A stretch of DNA of 64,000 nucleotides, taken from the IMG/VR virus record IMGVR_UViG_3300022555_000047. One strand, given 5' to 3'. The notes beneath the pieces are model-generated. The model made no database searches and was not told where the DNA came from. It saw only the letters and a program-made list of their open reading frames with translations. How positions within the stretch are numbered: the first letter of the stretch is position 1; each line of letters starts with the position of its first letter. Positions 31,405 through 39,965 of this stretch are shown in pieces. The DNA comes from an uncultured virus (IMG/VR IMGVR_UViG_3300022555_000047). Taxonomy: Duplodnaviria > Heunggongvirae > Uroviricota > Caudoviricetes. Position numbers and translations under genes: made by a program.

Positions 31405-31705
31405 TTTTATAATATTACTTTAATAAACGCAAATAATCCTTGAAATATAAAATATGCACTTGCTACTATCAAAACCCACTTCATTACTAATTCTTCTCGC
31501 TTTTCTTTTTTTATTCTAATCAATTCTCTGTCTTGCAAACAAATGTAATTATTTTTCATTTTTTAATTCTTTGTTAAATTGAATTTCTAATTCTCTTAAA
31601 ATTGTAATTACATTGTCGGGTATAATTTCGCCACGAGTTTTTGCTTCTAGTATTTTTAGTTCTACATCTCGTAAGGTTGATTTTTTAATTAAGTTTTCTA
31701 TTTCT

Positions 31706-32044
31706 TTATTCATAAATATATTTTATTAAATCTTCTAATAATAATTTACCTAACCAACTTTCAAACAAACTTTCGCAATTATCTTTTGTGATAGGTATTC
31801 CGCCAATTTCTCTTTCTTCCATAAATATCTTTTGTAATTTTTCTTCTTGTTCTTCGGATAAATCTTCTATAATTCTTTCTACTACTATTTCTTCGTTTGG
31901 TTCTTCGCCAGTTCCATTACAGTTATCGCAGTTTACCCAATCGCCAGTTCCTCTTTCAATATTGTGGTCAGAATTTTCGTAATCTTGGTTTCCACCACCA
32001 TTACCTTTACACTCTACACACATTTTAGCTTTTTTTAATTCCAT
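31706..32044 (-). CDS. DnaJ-type CxxCxGxG zinc-finger protein
   Basis: CVECKGNG and CDNCNGTG. Confidence 0.6.
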   Translation of the reverse strand: MELKKAKMCVECKGNGGGNQDYENSDHNIERGTGDWVNCDNCNGTGEEPNEEIVVERIIEDLSEEQEEKLQKIFMEEREIGGIPITKDNCESLFESWLGKLLLEDLIKYIYE

Positions 32045-32152
32045 AATAATATTTGTTAATGATAATTTTTATGAAGGGTTAGCTGATGGATTTACGATAT
32101 TCACAAGTTTAGCCACAAAGTCGTTCACCACCAGCATCCCCTTCACTTCTTT

Positions 32153-32201
32153 ATCATACGCTTGTGATTTACAAATGTAAAGGAATTAACTGGGGATAAC
32201 T
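32153..32201 (-). promoter_or_regulatory. sigma70-type promoter with upstream AGTTATCCCCAG element
   Basis: AGTTATCCCCAG-N8-TTTACA-N17-TATGAT. Confidence 0.65.
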
Positions 32202-32227
32202 ATTAAAACATAAAATCTATCTAATTG

Positions 32228-33010
32228 TCAAAAAAGAGGATTGCTGATTGACTTTATTCTATCCTCTGCAAGTTTTGTATATTCTGCGGAAATTTCGCTA
32301 CCAATATAATTCCTTTTAAGCATTAAAGCCATTTTACCTGTCGTGCCACTTCCTATCATTGGATCGTAAATTAAGTCTCCTTCGTTGCTCCAAGATTTTA
32401 TGTGGTCTGTGGCAAGAATTTCAGGGAAAGGTGCAGAGTTTGTTATATCTGATGAAGCAACATTCATAAACCATATATTGAATTTATTTTTTTCTTCTTT
32501 TACTACACTAACTTCTTCCCTACTTCTTTTTGCTGATTTTGTTCCATAATCGTTTGTATCATTCCAAGAATAAGTTTTTCCACCAGTTTTAGTATCAAGT
32601 TTTAATGGATTAAAGGTTTTTGGTTTTCCCTTACTTAAAATAAACATATATTCAAATTGTTGTTCATAGCGATTATGGTTTTGTGGTATCGGATTATTTT
32701 TCGCATAAATCATAGTATCGTGCAAATTAAATCCAATTTCTTTAAAGTAAAGTGCCTGTTTGAAACTCGTTCCGCTTTCACTTCCGTTTATTGTGGCATC
32801 GCCTACTACCCAAACTACCACACCGCCCAGCTTCGTAACCATATAAAGTTCCCTCGCAATACTTTCAAAGTCAAAGGTATATCCTTTGTAATCTCGCAAA
32901 TTATCATAAGGTGGAGAAGTTAAAGTCATATCCACGAAGTTATCAGGCATACGCTTCATAGTTTCAAGACAATCTTCGTTATATATTTTGTTTAATTCTA
33001 GTTCTTTCAT
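32228..33010 (-). CDS. DNA methyltransferase (N4-C/N6-A, beta class)
   Basis: TSPPY motif IV precedes DPMIGSGTT motif I. Confidence 0.92.
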   Translation of the reverse strand: MKELELNKIYNEDCLETMKRMPDNFVDMTLTSPPYDNLRDYKGYTFDFESIARELYMVTKLGGVVVWVVGDATINGSESGTSFKQALYFKEIGFNLHDTMIYAKNNPIPQNHNRYEQQFEYMFILSKGKPKTFNPLKLDTKTGGKTYSWNDTNDYGTKSAKRSREEVSVVKEEKNKFNIWFMNVASSDITNSAPFPEILATDHIKSWSNEGDLIYDPMIGSGTTGKMALMLKRNYIGSEISAEYTKLAEDRIKSISNPLF

Positions 33011-33465
33011 TAAAATTTATTCTCTTCAAACATTTCTTCATAATCTTCTTCGGTGTAATCAGTAGTTGTAGTTATAGGGTCTTCTGGGCGAAAATTATTT
33101 ACCTTAAAATTCCCAAAAAATGGTTTAATAGTTCTTGCTACTTTATCTTTGGGGTTCAAACTTATCTTTACCATTTGAAAATAATCTCGCCAAAAACCAT
33201 CAACTAAAATTCGGCTATGCTCTAATATAAGATTTCCTTTCTTTAATTGTTTTATAAGTCCTTCTTTCATTGGTTTGGATTAACTAAAAATTAGGTTTGT
33301 ATTTTTTTAATAATTCACTTACATCTTGAAATTCTTTTTCGGTTGGTTTTTCTATTGTTTCAGATAATCCATAATTATCTTTCGTTACTACAAAACAATG
33401 TCGCTTTTCATCAATATAACCTTCAACATTTTTTGTTATTTCTTCTTGTTCTTCTTTTTGTATTT

Positions 33466-34152
33466 TCATTTTACTAATATTTTAATTAAAGTTTCTAATG
33501 TATAAATATCTTTATACTCTTTTTTTGCATAATCAATCGCCTTGATTATTTGCCCGTCTGTAAAATTCTTTAAAAGCCCAGCTGGTTTTAAATGTCGTTT
33601 TAAAGCTATCTCATATTGTTCTCGGTTTTTTAGGTCGGGTTTTCTATAATCAAAATACAAAGCTATAATGTTTAAATCTCTCCTATTACTATCCTCTAGT
33701 TTTTTAATTTCTTCTTTTAAAGAAAATGGAGTGTCGCTTGCGACAATATTATTCTTTTCATTCTTTTCATTCTTGTTTGTGTCGGTTTGTTGTTGCTTTG
33801 TTGTTGCTTTGTTGTCGGATTTGCTGTTCTTATCTTGATGCTTTACCCAATTAACTATTGTAATTATACGATATTTTGTAGTTTTTTGTTGTTGGATTTG
33901 ATGTTGCCTTTCTAGGAATTTCAAAATATCTTCAATAGTAGACTCTGGAATAGATGTTTCCCTTGATAGTTCTTTTCTACCAGTTATCATTTGTCCTTCT
34001 TTTACTAAAATTATATTACCATTCCACATAAATTTTTTATCTTGATGATTTGCTTTTAACAATAAAATAATCCATAAAGCTAAATAATTTGGTTTTTGAA
34101 TGATAGGATTTTCAAGTATTTTTCTATGTAGTTTTATCCAACCTTGTTCCAT
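33466..34152 (-). CDS. phage replication initiator, phage A
   Basis: GWIKLHRKI N-terminus, GQMITGRKELS wHTH, internal CAACAAAG and AAGAATGAA repeats (possible iterons). Confidence 0.8.
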   Translation of the reverse strand: MEQGWIKLHRKILENPIIQKPNYLALWIILLLKANHQDKKFMWNGNIILVKEGQMITGRKELSRETSIPESTIEDILKFLERQHQIQQQKTTKYRIITIVNWVKHQDKNSKSDNKATTKQQQTDTNKNEKNEKNNIVASDTPFSLKEEIKKLEDSNRRDLNIIALYFDYRKPDLKNREQYEIALKRHLKPAGLLKNFTDGQIIKAIDYAKKEYKDIYTLETLIKILVK

Positions 34153-34155
34153 AAT

Positions 34156-34263
34156 TTACTACGCAAAAAGGTATTCCCACTGGGCAAGTTAGTGAAAACT
34201 TGGTGTCCGAAGACACAATGAGAATACCTTTTTGTGTAATAATTATTAAAATGTTTTTCACTA
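34156..34263 (-). promoter_or_regulatory. structured 5' leader of the replication gene
   Basis: Long stem 34156-34182/34216-34242 enclosing a cUUCGg hairpin. Confidence 0.6.
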
Positions 34264-34701
34264 TTTCCCATACCTAAATATTATACTTTTTAAAAAATTC
34301 TGCAAGTCAAACTGTTAATAACTTTTCCTTAACTAAAAATACCCATTCAAGGGTAAGTTAGTCCTAGTAGCATATTGTTAGAAATTTTTTATCATTATTT
34401 TGTTTGCACTATTAAATTAAAGAGATATACAAGAACTTATAATTACTTTTAGCTAGGCATAAAAGTAAAGGTCATTTAATTATATAAAATCATTGCGAAA
34501 AAAACAAGGCAACTTTTATTTTGTCGCCTTGTAAGTGATTACTCACTTTGATATACCCCATCAATTTTTTGAGTCTTTGGGTCATAGAAAAGAATATCCC
34601 CAGCTTGTTTCCACGCTTCAAGATTTCCTATTCCGTGAGAAAATTTCCAACCACATTCTTTTAATTTTTCAGGAGTAATTATTGCTCCTTTTATAATAAC
34701 A

Positions 34702-34935
34702 TCATCTGTTTGCATTTCGTTTTCCTTTCTTTTTAATTGTGATTTCAAATTTGTCTTTCCATAAAGTGTGATTGAGCCACTCTACGATTTCTTCGGGCAA
34801 CATATTCCCAAAGAGCCTATGGCTTAAGTCGTGGATTTTTTCTTCTACCATACAAATACCGCATACTCTATCTGAACCTACTCGGCTACTACAAAATATG
34901 TGATGTCTTGTTTTTTTAACTTGATTTTTTTTCAT
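34702..34935 (-). CDS. small HNH-like protein
   Basis: TRHHIFCSSR...HDLSHRLFGNMLPEEI; similar to 57799-58041. Confidence 0.55.
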   Translation of the reverse strand: MKKNQVKKTRHHIFCSSRVGSDRVCGICMVEEKIHDLSHRLFGNMLPEEIVEWLNHTLWKDKFEITIKKKGKRNANR

Positions 34936-34938
34936 AAC

Positions 34939-35172
34939 TCAAGATTTACAGGGTTCATCTTCAACTGGTGTCCATCTATTCCACTCTTTTACAGAGCAAC
35001 TAAAAACTGTTCCTATCGCACATTCACCTTCTTCTTCTATACACTGATTGCAACAGAAGAAGTAATTTATTTGATGAGTGCAAGGATTGTAGTTTAGGAA
35101 AGTGATTTCAAAATCAGCTTCCCCATGAAATTCGCAATTTGATTTTGCATAAAACGATTTAACTGGAAACAT
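34939..35172 (-). CDS. small Cys-rich protein with strong SD
   Basis: 7 Cys; AAAGGAGGACAAA before the ATG. Confidence 0.6.
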   Translation of the reverse strand: MFPVKSFYAKSNCEFHGEADFEITFLNYNPCTHQINYFFCCNQCIEEEGECAIGTVFSCSVKEWNRWTPVEDEPCKS

Positions 35173-35191
35173 TTTGTCCTCCTTTCTTTTT

Positions 35192-35445
35192 TAGATGTGT
35201 GTAAGGTGGAGGAAGCAAGGATTTGATAGGATTACGGGAACTTCCCACTAGTGGGCATCCACAGGAGAGCCGAAGCCCTCTACCTTTAGTCACCTTACAC
35301 GATTTTCAATATTGTTTAATAGATCTCGGCACTCCCAATATTAAGGGCTATTAACCTTTGTTTTACTTCATCTATGCCCGAGAATTATTCGCATAGATAT
35401 AGCCCGTCACTTTTTAGGCGTATTCCTCCACTTTACACACATCTA
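35192..35445 (-). ncRNA. structured ~254-nt RNA with tRNA-like core
   Basis: 23-bp closing stem, nested hairpins, cUUCGg loop, 3' TCAAATCCTTGCTTCCTCCACC. Confidence 0.65.
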
Positions 35446-35505
35446 TATTCTTTTTTCAATATACTATTCTCTATAAGCGAGCCATAAAGCTCGCCTAAGA
35501 AAATA

Positions 35506-35811
35506 CTATTTCTGTAATAAGTTTCCTGTCGTTCCACTTAAAAATCTTTTTGAGAGATATGTAAGTCCTGAAAAAACTGCTACTACAATTATTGCTTGGA
35601 TATTGATATGAATTTGAAATGGCTTACCATCTAAAACTAATTCATAAAGTCCACCAAAAATTGCAAGTAAATACATCACTACATCTCCTAAAACTGCGAA
35701 TAAAAAACCATTTAAAATATCTTTCCAATTGATACTAAATAAATCTGACATAACTTTTTTTTCTTCTAATAAAAAGTCCTCTATCTCGTAGCTAGGCATT
35801 AAGAGAAGCAC
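35506..35811 (-). CDS. holin-like membrane protein
   Basis: Two hydrophobic segments; follows the endolysin. Confidence 0.65.
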   Translation of the reverse strand: MLLLMPSYEIEDFLLEEKKVMSDLFSINWKDILNGFLFAVLGDVVMYLLAIFGGLYELVLDGKPFQIHINIQAIIVVAVFSGLTYLSKRFLSGTTGNLLQK

Positions 35812-36766
35812 GAGTTAAAGCACCTACTATCCCATCATTGACTAAATTATGAGATAACTGATAATTCTTTACCGCTTTTAATGTTAGCGAACCAAAAAAG
35901 CCTGTTTGTATTACTCCAAGTCTTTTTTGTAATTCTTTAACATCACTACTAATCATACCAAATATTAGAGTTTTGGTAAATTTAAAAAGTGGAAAATTAT
36001 ATACCATAGTCCAACAAGACCAAACACCTCCTTTAAAGTAATCCTCTGAAATATATTGCCAACCATATTCACCTACAGAGTTTCCCCATGAGTTAGCAAA
36101 ACCAATATATTTTTTTCCATTTATCATTAATGCTTTTCCACAATACAACCAATGAGCCCAGCAATCTGAGTTTATTTTAACTGGTGGAAGTGGAAATTTA
36201 GTTCTCCAAGTTCCGTTGTTCGTTCCATAAATTCCTATTACACAACCTTTATTATTTGATATAGCTTGAGCTACCTCGTCTATGTTTAGATTAACCATAG
36301 CGTAGGATAGTCCTTTATCATTTAAAGCGTGTGCAAATGCTTCTAAGGTGATATCTTGTGGTCTTTCATAAAAGTCTTCACCTTGGGGCATTCCATTGAT
36401 ATAGGAAGGGGTTAAATTCTCATCTCCCCATCCTTTTTTAATAACTAAATCACAATTAGTTCTACCTGCCGAACCACCTTTACCTACGAAAGTTTGAGAA
36501 TAAATAAATTTTGCAGATTTTTCTTCGTTATCTATATCAAGTGCTTGCCCGTAATATGACCACGCTTGACCTCCACAACTTGAACTACCATTTTGGTCTT
36601 TGATAGTTAATTTTTTGCCTATTACTTGTTCTATGTCATAACCCATACTCCAATCAAATGGTGGAAATGCCATAGCTACATTAGCATATTGATAATCTCT
36701 ATTGTCTGGTGCGTCTGGGATAGCTCCTGTGCCAAATACTTGTTCTCCTACTTGTGCATTATTCAT
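35792..36766 (-). CDS. putative endolysin: C1-type cysteine peptidase plus peptidoglycan-binding domain
   Basis: DQNGSSSCGGQA, AH, ANSWG catalytic motifs; VKELQKRL...DGIVGALT PG-binding domain. Confidence 0.8.
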   Translation of the reverse strand: MNNAQVGEQVFGTGAIPDAPDNRDYQYANVAMAFPPFDWSMGYDIEQVIGKKLTIKDQNGSSSCGGQAWSYYGQALDIDNEEKSAKFIYSQTFVGKGGSAGRTNCDLVIKKGWGDENLTPSYINGMPQGEDFYERPQDITLEAFAHALNDKGLSYAMVNLNIDEVAQAISNNKGCVIGIYGTNNGTWRTKFPLPPVKINSDCWAHWLYCGKALMINGKKYIGFANSWGNSVGEYGWQYISEDYFKGGVWSCWTMVYNFPLFKFTKTLIFGMISSDVKELQKRLGVIQTGFFGSLTLKAVKNYQLSHNLVNDGIVGALTRASLNA

Positions 36767-36767
36767 A

Positions 36768-37061
36768 TTATTTTACTGGAGGTATGCAGTCCAGTTTCTG
36801 CGATTTACATAATAAATAAACATTTGATTCTAAGTTTTGAAATCTTTCGTTGTCAGATGTTTCATGACTTTTTATCTCTTGAACATCAGTAGCAGTTGTA
36901 GCATCAGCTAATTTTAAAGAATTATAGATAATACTAACAAAAGTAAAAAGTATAGTCATTAGTATTCCAATAACCCACTTGAAAAAAGTATTTTCTGTAT
37001 TTTTTATAATTTGTGATGCGTTTGTTACGTCCTGTTTATCATTTACATCTTGTTGTTCCAT
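36768..37061 (-). CDS. single-pass membrane protein (lysis module)
   Basis: One TM segment plus coiled coil. Confidence 0.5.
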   Translation of the reverse strand: MEQQDVNDKQDVTNASQIIKNTENTFFKWVIGILMTILFTFVSIIYNSLKLADATTATDVQEIKSHETSDNERFQNLESNVYLLCKSQKLDCIPPVK

Positions 37062-37063
37062 AA

Positions 37064-37291
37064 CTAATTCTCTAAATTGCTAACTGCTAATATTTTTGCA
37101 TTTACATCTTCTAGTTTATTTTGTATTTGAGTAAGTAATTTTGTTTCATTTGTCTTTTGCATATTTAAAATATCCAAAGAAACAAAACCTAAAGATTGAG
37201 AAATTTCAACCTGTTCCCCATCAGTGTTGGTCATTTCTACTATTTTAAATAATTCTATTTTTCCGTCTTCATTTTTTTTTGCTTGATACAT
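37064..37291 (-). CDS. small protein, possible tail-fibre chaperone
   Basis: Follows the fibre gene; coiled-coil end. Confidence 0.35.
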   Translation of the reverse strand: MYQAKKNEDGKIELFKIVEMTNTDGEQVEISQSLGFVSLDILNMQKTNETKLLTQIQNKLEDVNAKILAVSNLEN

Positions 37292-37305
37292 AAATTTATT
37301 ATAAC

Positions 37306-38508
37306 TTAAATTGCGACTGTTGATAATATACCTAAATCACTGACTTTAATTCGGTATCTTGTTCCATTTGGGCTTGTTAAAATTAATCCTGATGTTCCTG
37401 CTGTTCCACCCAAATCTTCTACTTCAATATCACCTGCGTGGATTGTAAAAAGAGAAACAGCACTGTTTGTATTTATTCCTACATTTGAAGTATCACCATC
37501 TATGTAAATTTTATCTTTGATAGATACCTCGTAATCTTTAGTTGCTGTTCCATCTATTGCAATAGAATAATTTCCGTTCGCTATTCCATTAGACAACATA
37601 GCAAGAGAAAATGCTCCATTTGCAGTTCCACCAGAAATAGCAGTTCCATTAAATCCATATACTGACGATTGAGAACCTATTGCTACTGCGTTTTCTGCAT
37701 AAATATATACTGCTCCACCAAGAGCTACACCACTAGAACCTGCAACAGTATTTCCAAATCCTGCTACAAAACTCCCTTGTCCTGATAAGATATTATATGC
37801 ACCAAAAATTTGTGATTGAACTGCACCATCAAATTCATTTCCTGTTCCTGAAGTAAAACAATCTATTGAGTCATTAAAAATATGCCCACTTCCAAATCCA
37901 ACATTTCTTGAGTCAAATGGAGTTGTTGTTGTTGTGTCTTGGTTTCCACTTCCTACAAAAAATGCTTTATTGTTTTGAAAAACATTATCAGTTCCAAATG
38001 CTCCAATATTTCCCCCTAAAGGATTAAAGACTAAATTACCAAGAGAATTTCCGCCATTTGTAAAAGTATCAAAAACAGCATAGCTATTTCTTGTTGCTGA
38101 ACCAAAACCTACTCTAAAAACTGTTCCAGTACTTCCACCAACAAAATCATTTGTAGCAAAAATAGTGTTAGCTAATGCTCCACTAGTATTTAATACTAAA
38201 AGTCTTTCACTAAAAGTTTCTCCTACTAGAGTAGAACCTAAACCAACTTTATCAGTTAGTGTTGATGGATATAATCTTCCGTTTACTGCATCACGAGACC
38301 AATATCCACCACCAGTCGGGGAGCTTAGTGTGTAAGTAAAAGGTGCATTATTTGAGACAGTTAAAACTTTCCCGACATCGCCAGATGTTGCTGTTCCGAT
38401 TCCGGTACCACCTTGCTGTGGGAGTAATGTTGAAAGTGCATGAGCGCCAGTTGTTCCAATTCCTAGTGCAAGCAATGCTATAAAAATATATTTTAAAAGT
38501 TTTTTCAT
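37306..38508 (-). CDS. tail fibre/adhesin with YadA-head-like repeats; signal-peptide-like N-terminus; spans the phage A/B junction
   Basis: Start MKKLLKYIFIALL at 38508 (ATGA-type overlap with upstream gene); NAVAIG/GTAIS/SIAID repeats; LTSPNGTRYRIKVSD end. Confidence 0.7.
   Translation of the reverse strand: MKKLLKYIFIALLALGIGTTGAHALSTLLPQQGGTGIGTATSGDVGKVLTVSNNAPFTYTLSSPTGGGYWSRDAVNGRLYPSTLTDKVGLGSTLVGETFSERLLVLNTSGALANTIFATNDFVGGSTGTVFRVGFGSATRNSYAVFDTFTNGGNSLGNLVFNPLGGNIGAFGTDNVFQNNKAFFVGSGNQDTTTTTPFDSRNVGFGSGHIFNDSIDCFTSGTGNEFDGAVQSQIFGAYNILSGQGSFVAGFGNTVAGSSGVALGGAVYIYAENAVAIGSQSSVYGFNGTAISGGTANGAFSLAMLSNGIANGNYSIAIDGTATKDYEVSIKDKIYIDGDTSNVGINTNSAVSLFTIHAGDIEVEDLGGTAGTSGLILTSPNGTRYRIKVSDLGILSTVAI
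38235..38301. repeat. 67-bp exact direct repeat, copy 2; junction between the two phage genomes
   Basis: Identical to 1-67; sequences diverge immediately after. Confidence 0.95.
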
Positions 38509-39188
38509 ACTCGATAGTCTGCAAGGATTGTCCCTGCATCCCAATTTTGTAATGTCGTCACTCTCCTTTTCTCGATAGTGTAGTCCACTGTCTCTGTAAG
38601 TCTTTGTCCATTTGCGAATAATTTTACGGATCCAGTGATTGGCATTGTTGAGAGCACCCACGTTTTATCTATTCCGGGAACTACTTCGTTTTCTATAAAA
38701 TTTATAACTGCTTGCCCTCCTGCTCCGTAACCTTGGCCCCACCCTTGTTGGATACCTATTTCTCTGATTATTTTGTGTAAATTCTTAAATGCTCTAGCAT
38801 CTATCCTATCTTCCCCCTCTAAAGCTTCTATAACGTTGATGGTGTTGATGGCGAGGGTGTAAAGGTTAGGAAGTACCGCATCCTTTCCGTTATCTCCATT
38901 ACGGCCATTTTTGCCGTTTTCCCCTTTTTCTCCACGATCACCTTTTTCTCCCTTTTTTCCATCAGTTCCATTCTTCCCGTCTCTGCCGTTTTTCCCGTCT
39001 CTCCCCGGTCTCCCTTGCCTTGTTGAAATATATTCTTTTACTTTTACTATTTTATTTTCAATTGGTTTTTCTTCCGTCTTTGTCTCTTTCATTACGGCCA
39101 CGACTTCGTCAATTAATTTACTTCTCTTTTCTTTTTCAAGAGCAATTTCTTTTTGATTTTTTAAATATGTTTGTGTTTTGCTTATCAT
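38505..39188 (-). CDS. collagen-repeat virion protein, phage B
   Basis: About 15 Gxy triplets (GRDGKN...); LFANGQRL..TVDYT C-domain; start MISKTQ avoids overlap with the upstream gene. Confidence 0.7.
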   Translation of the reverse strand: MISKTQTYLKNQKEIALEKEKRSKLIDEVVAVMKETKTEEKPIENKIVKVKEYISTRQGRPGRDGKNGRDGKNGTDGKKGEKGDRGEKGENGKNGRNGDNGKDAVLPNLYTLAINTINVIEALEGEDRIDARAFKNLHKIIREIGIQQGWGQGYGAGGQAVINFIENEVVPGIDKTWVLSTMPITGSVKLFANGQRLTETVDYTIEKRRVTTLQNWDAGTILADYRV

Positions 39189-39238
39189 AAAATTTAATCT
39201 CCTCATCCCTCTCCTCATAAAAGGAGAGAGTGAATAGA

Positions 39239-39877
39239 CTAGCTTGTTGCGGCCGGAGTTGTAAGTGAACCTGATCCTGCTACAAGACCTGAGAGTTCCC
39301 AAACTGTAGTAGAGATACACTCCAATGTGAAACGAGTTCCGATGATTCCACCAGTAGTCGTTCCATTCATGGTAATAGCAACGTGTGATGTTCCGTTGAA
39401 TAGACATCCAACAGCAGAGGTTGCGGCGGCTTCCATCAAAGCTACCATACCCACCATATAAACTGTACCTGCGTTTGTGATAACTTTGTGACTATTTGAT
39501 GTGACAGTTACACTCACTATGAATGTAAATCGTAGCCCTACTGTTGGAGCCGGAAGAGTTACTACTGAACCAGTTGCAGTATCAAGTAAAATTGTTGATC
39601 CACTTTGTGGAGCTAACAATGTTTTTGTTGACCCGGCGGCAATAGGAGCCGCAACACCTTGCTGAGTCCATGTCGGAGAAGCGACAGTTCCTGTATTTTT
39701 CCAGATGACAGTTGTATAAAGAGTTGATGAATCTCTTTGGAAGAGAATACACCCTACGGCGTATTTTGATGCCTCTGTACAATAAGTAGCTGGTGCGCCG
39801 ATGCAGTCAGCATATAGCAGATATCCATCTGCTCCATTTAGTCTCTGAGACAATCCTACTTCTATTTCATTTTCCAT
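39239..39877 (-). CDS. putative capsid decoration/cement protein
   Basis: Follows the capsid gene; VTLPAPTVGLRFTF motif. Confidence 0.55.
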   Translation of the reverse strand: MENEIEVGLSQRLNGADGYLLYADCIGAPATYCTEASKYAVGCILFQRDSSTLYTTVIWKNTGTVASPTWTQQGVAAPIAAGSTKTLLAPQSGSTILLDTATGSVVTLPAPTVGLRFTFIVSVTVTSNSHKVITNAGTVYMVGMVALMEAAATSAVGCLFNGTSHVAITMNGTTTGGIIGTRFTLECISTTVWELSGLVAGSGSLTTPAATS

Positions 39878-39965
39878 GTTTTTATAATTTGATTAAATTT
39901 ATAAATCGACTTTTATATTTTCTCCCCCTCCCACAGGTTGAAGTGAGAGGGTTTGAAAATAAAGG

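Noticed and set aside
35192..35445. Canonical tRNA or tmRNA
   Set aside because: No standard D or anticodon arm, an oversized T-loop, no G3-U70 pair, and no tag ORF identified.
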